From the NCBI GenBank assembly GCA_963716175.1, contig OY970296.1, positions 4,352,001 through 4,416,000 on the forward strand: a DNA stretch of 64,000 nt, in the 5' to 3' direction. This DNA is from an uncultured Armatimonadetes bacterium (GTDB lineage: Bacteria > Armatimonadota > Hebobacteria > Hebobacterales > Hebobacteraceae). Under the pieces are notes generated by a model, which saw nothing but the letters and a program-made list of their open reading frames with translations, was not told where the DNA came from and searched no databases. This document shows, in pieces, positions 59,348 through 64,000 of this stretch. The number at the start of each line of letters is the position of its first letter. Positions within the stretch are counted from its first letter, which is position 1. Position numbers and translations under genes: made by a program.

Positions 59348-60625
59348 ATGGACGTGATCGCTGACGTGGAGGTTGCGGTTGCCGGCGGGGGACCTGCCGG
59401 AGTGGGCGCGGGGTTGGCGGCGGCGCGGGGCGGCGCGCGGACGCTACTGTTCGAGCGCTACGGGTTCCTGGGCGGCGTGGGGGCCCATGGGATGGGCATG
59501 CCCATCAACCAGATGCGGCCGGGCGGGTGCAGCCGGAGCGCGGTGCACGAACTCGTCGTGGACCGGGTGTGCGCGTATGGCGAGGAAGCTGGACGGATGG
59601 TAGACCACTCTCTCGTGTGCAACGTGGACTATCTGAAAGTTGGCCTCCTGGACGCCCTGGAGGAAGCCGGATGCGACTATCTGCTTCACTGTCGGGTGGT
59701 GGACGCGATAGTCGAGCACGGCCGGCTCACGGGGGCTGTCGTAGCCACCAAGGCCGGGCTGGTCCAGGTCAGGGCCAAGGCCTTCGTGGACGCGACCGGG
59801 GATGCCGACCTGGCGCACTATGCAGGAGCAGAGACCTGGAAGGGGCGGGAGGGAGATGGGTTCCTCTCGCCCATGACGCTGTGCTTCATCGTTGCCAATG
59901 TGGACGTAGACCAGGCAAGAGCGTTCGCCGACCGCGACGAAGACTTCCGCGGCCTGCTGGCCCGGGCGCGCAGCCAGTATCCCCTCCTGCCTGAGTCCAT
60001 GATCCTGGAGAAAGGCCCTTTTCCGCTGCGCAACCATGTTGTCATCAACCACGCCGGCACCAGGGCCCGGGGCGCGCTGGATGGGACTGACGCGAGGGAG
60101 ATGACCGAGGCGGAGCGGTTCAGCCGCCGCCAGGTGTTGCAGATGGTCGCTGCGCTCCGCGAGTTCGGCGGCAGCACCTTCCGGAACGCGCAGCTCGGCG
60201 CGGCCGCGGCGCAGGTCGGGGTGCGGGAGACCAGGAGGGTGAAGGGCATATACGCCTTGACGGAAGAGGACGCGATGTCCGGCCGGCGCTTCGATGATGC
60301 GGTGGCGTGGCGCAGCGGCTGGCTGGACATCGGGTGGACGCGTTGGGAGCCGATGAAGGTCCACGATGTACCGTACCGGGCGCTGGTGCCCGAAAGGCTG
60401 GACGCTCTACTGGTAGCTGGACGCTGCATTTCGGCCACGCACGTGGCCGCCTCCTCCGGCAAGAGCATGGGCAACTGCATGGCGACAGGCCATGCCGCAG
60501 GGTTGGCCGCGGCACTGTGCGCCCAGAAGGGCTGTGTGCCCCGCGAGCTGGACGTCGCGCAACTCCGGGCGGCGCTGTCCAGCGATGGGGTAGACCTCCA
60601 TTGGGACGGGGAGAATCGGCCGTGA
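59348..60625 (+). CDS. FAD-dependent oxidoreductase
   Basis: VAGGGPAG, VDATGDAD, GVRETRR, VPYRALVP, VAGRCIS. Confidence 0.9.
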   Translation: MDVIADVEVAVAGGGPAGVGAGLAAARGGARTLLFERYGFLGGVGAHGMGMPINQMRPGGCSRSAVHELVVDRVCAYGEEAGRMVDHSLVCNVDYLKVGLLDALEEAGCDYLLHCRVVDAIVEHGRLTGAVVATKAGLVQVRAKAFVDATGDADLAHYAGAETWKGREGDGFLSPMTLCFIVANVDVDQARAFADRDEDFRGLLARARSQYPLLPESMILEKGPFPLRNHVVINHAGTRARGALDGTDAREMTEAERFSRRQVLQMVAALREFGGSTFRNAQLGAAAAQVGVRETRRVKGIYALTEEDAMSGRRFDDAVAWRSGWLDIGWTRWEPMKVHDVPYRALVPERLDALLVAGRCISATHVAASSGKSMGNCMATGHAAGLAAALCAQKGCVPRELDVAQLRAALSSDGVDLHWDGENRP

Positions 60626-60724
60626 AGGCCCCGCGGTGACGGCTGCTCAGAGCGTGTCGCCCGGAGCGTCGGGGCCGGCGCTCCGGCTCCGCGACTGAAG
60701 TCTCCGCACGCCGCGACTCGGCCA

Positions 60725-60749
60725 GTAGGGCAGGTCCGCGACCTGTCCC
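60725..60749 (+). repeat. GTAG-type REP-like hairpin
   Basis: GTAGGGCAGGTC-CGC-GACCTGTCC. Confidence 0.55.
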
Positions 60750-60882
60750 CTGCAGTGGGCGGCGTCGTAGGCGGGGCGCGGAAGGGAGCCGGTCTTCTCT
60801 GCCGAAGACCACGCGGCGGGAATGGGGTGGGGCAGATACCCGTCGTTGGTCGTTCACTTGCGTTGTTCGGAGGGGCCGGACC

Positions 60883-61776
60883 GTGGACACGATCACGCCC
60901 AGTCAGCTCTACGCCTGGTGCAAGATCCCCTATCAGGAACTCGAGGGTCATCCCGCCCTGAAGATCCCGTTCCGCCTGTGCGCAGACTCCCAGGAGATGG
61001 GCCGCCTCATGGCCCGGGAACTGGTAGACGAGATCAAGGCCGGCAACGCCCAAGGAAGGAGCACGCGCGCCATCATCCCGTGCGGGCCGACGTGCTGGTA
61101 TGAGCCGTTCGCCCGACTGGTCAACCAGGAACGCGTGGGCCTGCGGGACCTCGTCGTCTTCCACATGGACGAGTGCCTGGACTGGCAGGGGCGCGAGCTG
61201 CCTCGCAAGCATCCCTACAGTTTCCGCGGCTTCATGGAGGAGTGGTTCTACCATCCGGTGGCCCCCGAGCTGGCGGTGCCGGAGGCGAACCGGCACTGGC
61301 TCGACGCCAGCAGCGTGGAGGTGGTCAGGAAGCGGATCCGCGAGGCGCCCGTGCACATCGCCTATGGCGGGTGGGGCCAGGACGGGCACGTCGCCTACAA
61401 CCAGACGCGCCGCCATCCCTTCAGCCACATCACGCGCGATGAGTTGCGCAACTCCACCGTTCGCGTGCAGAACAACAACCTGGACACCATCCTGGCGCTG
61501 GCGCAGCGCACGTTCGGCGCCGCCTACCAGTTCGTGCCGCCCATGTCGGTGACTCTGGGCATGAGCGAGGTGCTCTCCGCCATCAAGGTCCGGCTGTTCA
61601 GCGACACGGGCGCCTGGAAGCAGACCGCGCTCCGCGTCGCGCTCTTCGGCCCGATCACTCCCGAGTACCCCATCACGCTGCTGCAAGAGCATCCCGATGC
61701 GCTGCTCACCGCAACGGTCGAGACCGCCCGCCATCCCATCAGCGAGCACCCGGAATGGGACCTGAGAGTGGGCTGA
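60883..61776 (+). CDS. Glucosamine-6-phosphate isomerase/deaminase-like protein (NagB superfamily)
   Basis: IIPCGP, FHMDE, GGWGQDGHVAYN, VTLGM, YPITLLQEH. Confidence 0.82.
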   Translation: MDTITPSQLYAWCKIPYQELEGHPALKIPFRLCADSQEMGRLMARELVDEIKAGNAQGRSTRAIIPCGPTCWYEPFARLVNQERVGLRDLVVFHMDECLDWQGRELPRKHPYSFRGFMEEWFYHPVAPELAVPEANRHWLDASSVEVVRKRIREAPVHIAYGGWGQDGHVAYNQTRRHPFSHITRDELRNSTVRVQNNNLDTILALAQRTFGAAYQFVPPMSVTLGMSEVLSAIKVRLFSDTGAWKQTALRVALFGPITPEYPITLLQEHPDALLTATVETARHPISEHPEWDLRVG

Positions 61777-61803
61777 GCCAGCCGATCTGCCCGTGGCGAC
61801 GGA

Positions 61804-62877
61804 GTGGAACCCACAGTGTCAGCTCTGCACGTTGACGTGAACCGGCTGCGCTACCGGGCCCTGATCGGGACCGGCGGCATTGGCTCGGGTGTGTTCTTCT
61901 TGCTCGACGGGAACCACACGCTGGGCCGCGAGGAGAGCCGCGGCGGGCGCTTCCTCGACCGGCGCGATTACTGCAAGCTCCACATCGTCGCACATTACGT
62001 GCAGACCCTGCTCGGCCCGGGGTTCGAGACGATCCCAGTGGGCAAGGTGGGCGATGACGATGTCGGCACGAAGCTGCTGGCGGAGATGGCCGAGGTTGGG
62101 ATGAACATGCGATACGTCGCCGCGTCGCCGGGAGACCCGACTCTGTACTCCTTCTGCTTCGTCTATCCCGACGGCTCGGGCGGCAACCTCACCACCGACG
62201 ACTCGGCCTGCTCCAAGGTCGGTGCCGCGTTCATCCGAGAGGCGGAGCCGGAGTTCGTCCGCCATGCCGGGGCCGGGATCGCGCTGGCCGCTCCCGAGGT
62301 GCCGCTGGAGGCGCGCAGCGTGGTGCTGGACCTGGGCACGACGCACGGCTTCTTCCGCGTGGCCTCTTTCACGGCCGCGGAAATGCCCGCCGCGGTCAGC
62401 TCCGGGATGCTGCGGAAGCTGGACCTGCTAGCCATCAACGTCACCGAGGCCGCGGCGGCCGCCGGGTTATCTCTTGCCGGCGATGAGCCCGCGCCGGAGG
62501 TCGCCGCGGCCGCCGTCGGGCGACTGAGTGAGGCAAACCCCGGCTTGCTCATTTCGATCACCGCGGGCGCGCAGGGAAGCTGGTCCTGGGATGGATCGTC
62601 GCTCGCACACGTGGGGGCACTGGCAGGAGGCAAGCTCCTGCCCAACGTGCAAGGCACTGCGGGCGCCGGTGACGCCTACCTGTCAGGGCTTATCGTCGGG
62701 CTCACGGCCGGCCTGCCTCTCGCTGATGCACACGAACTGGCGGCGCTGGTGGCCGGCCTCTCGGTGACCTCACCGCACACGATCAACAAGGCCATCGGCC
62801 CGGAGAGCCTGCGTGCGTTCGCCACCGAGTCCCGCGCCCGCATCTCCGATCGAGTCCGCGGCTTGCTGGAGGTCTGA
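61804..62877 (+). CDS. PfkB-family carbohydrate kinase
   Basis: GKVGDDDVG, NVTEA, TAGAGDAY. Confidence 0.88.
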   Translation: MEPTVSALHVDVNRLRYRALIGTGGIGSGVFFLLDGNHTLGREESRGGRFLDRRDYCKLHIVAHYVQTLLGPGFETIPVGKVGDDDVGTKLLAEMAEVGMNMRYVAASPGDPTLYSFCFVYPDGSGGNLTTDDSACSKVGAAFIREAEPEFVRHAGAGIALAAPEVPLEARSVVLDLGTTHGFFRVASFTAAEMPAAVSSGMLRKLDLLAINVTEAAAAAGLSLAGDEPAPEVAAAAVGRLSEANPGLLISITAGAQGSWSWDGSSLAHVGALAGGKLLPNVQGTAGAGDAYLSGLIVGLTAGLPLADAHELAALVAGLSVTSPHTINKAIGPESLRAFATESRARISDRVRGLLEV

Positions 62878-62878
62878 T

Positions 62879-63190
62879 ATGAGCGTGACCATGCGCATCA
62901 TGCAGCGGTTCGACCCCCGTTACGAGAAGGAGTTCATGGAACTGGAGAGGCAGTTCGCCCTGCTCGAAGCAGAGCGGCCCGACTATCCGAAGGGGAAGAG
63001 GATGCAGCCGATAGCGGCCGGCGAGCCTTGCAACACCTTGATCTGGCAGGCTGAGTTCCCCGATCTCGAATCGGCCCACAGGGCGCTCGGCTTCTTCCAG
63101 GGCGACCCCGCTCACGAGGCGCTCTTCGCCAAGCAGGTGCCGTACTTCCTGGACGTGCGAGTGGAGTTCTACCGCAACCTAGAGGTCTGA
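62879..63190 (+). CDS. Small hypothetical protein (possible dimeric alpha/beta barrel)
   Basis: 103-aa ORF starting right after the pfkB stop, GGAGG RBS. Confidence 0.65.
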   Translation: MSVTMRIMQRFDPRYEKEFMELERQFALLEAERPDYPKGKRMQPIAAGEPCNTLIWQAEFPDLESAHRALGFFQGDPAHEALFAKQVPYFLDVRVEFYRNLEV

Positions 63191-63276
63191 CCATTCGGCG
63201 GATAGAAGCTGTGCGAACGCGGCAGCCTGCCGGCCGCCGGGTCGGGCTGCTGCTGATCACCTCGGAGGTGGTGCTC

Positions 63277-64000
63277 ATGGCGAGACATGCGGAACCACAG
63301 AAGGACAGCTTGGGCGCTGGGGTGGCTCGTTTCGTGGAGGAGGCGCAGGGGCTGTTCGGGGGCGAGCAGCCACCGGAGTCGCTGAGCTTCGGCCGGCTGC
63401 GGCTGTTCGCCTACGAGGATCTGGATGAGGTCGCCGCGGTGGGAGCGACCCTCACCATCATCCATCCCATGCGGTTCGGGCGCGGGGAGCCGTTCCTGAT
63501 GGAGCGCGCCCAGTTCGAGGCGAGAATGCAGGAGCTCCGGGAATTCACCGGGCGCGCCCACCAGGCCGGCATCACGGTGCTGGGGTACATCAGCCAGAAT
63601 CCGTCTACCTCCCGCGAGGCGGACCCTGCTGGCTGGGTGATGTCGGAGGTGTGGCAGGACGAGGAGCGGTGGAACCGCTACGCGGACTGCTATGGGCCGC
63701 GGCCCGCGGAGCCGCCCGCTCAGTGGGTGCAGATGAGGAGCGACGGCACCTATGCCTGCGAGATCTGGGTACCGCCGAGCGCGACGCACCGGCGTTCCTA
63801 CTCGCTCTCCGGCTGCCCGCACAGCCAGGGGTTCCGGCAATACATGGCCGGCATCATGAAAATCCTGGTGGCGGCCGGCATTGACGGGATCTACCTCGAC
63901 TACTCTGAGATCGAGCATCCCTTCGCGGAGGCTTCGAAGCGGTGTTTCCGGGATTTCCTGGCCGCACGGTATAGCGCCAGGGAGCTGAAGGACCGCTTCG
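63277..64000 (+). CDS. Putative glycoside hydrolase-like TIM-barrel protein, truncated by the window end
   Basis: Own translation from ATG after GGAGG: AHQAGITVLGYIS, GCPHSQGFRQY, AGIDGIYLD; frame open to the end. Confidence 0.7.
   Translation, partial: MARHAEPQKDSLGAGVARFVEEAQGLFGGEQPPESLSFGRLRLFAYEDLDEVAAVGATLTIIHPMRFGRGEPFLMERAQFEARMQELREFTGRAHQAGITVLGYISQNPSTSREADPAGWVMSEVWQDEERWNRYADCYGPRPAEPPAQWVQMRSDGTYACEIWVPPSATHRRSYSLSGCPHSQGFRQYMAGIMKILVAAGIDGIYLDYSEIEHPFAEASKRCFRDFLAARYSARELKDRF

Noticed and set aside
59818-61749. Long antisense or alternate-frame ORFs (59818-61749, 49591-51198, 26006-27562, 36737-38191, 57493-58965 and others)
   Set aside because: These are shadow ORFs expected in high-GC DNA; they overlap well-supported genes and have no recognisable motifs.

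Overview
This is a GC-rich bacterial chromosomal window with about 51 genes. SLH-anchored enzymes, TolC, several prepilin/H-X9-DG proteins and DUF6785/DUF6784-type membrane proteins suggest Armatimonadota (inference). It is dominated by uncharacterised carbohydrate or amino-sugar catabolic loci, and also holds a MarR-TolC-MacAB efflux operon, a NarL-type two-component locus with lipid genes, and a Tat-exported molybdoenzyme. I saw no tRNA, rRNA, CRISPR array, phage gene or transposase. The main signals are: (1) Cys-rich pilin-like H-X9-DG proteins placed where substrate-binding proteins would sit, one directly upstream of an OPT-like transporter gene and divergent from an AraC gene; (2) a family of ~105-bp double-hairpin miniature elements with ends CTAnnGAnnnTCGCnnAAnGAAGTAA and end-specific perfect stems, plus a second family of the same architecture; (3) a sulfatase-fold enzyme with Thr at the nucleophile position; (4) an in-frame repeat insertion in a kinase; (5) a shared operator-like motif around the two-component system, next to apparently decayed lipid genes. 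Three genes carry single-base insertions that are probably sequencing errors. All family assignments come from motif recognition, not database searches.
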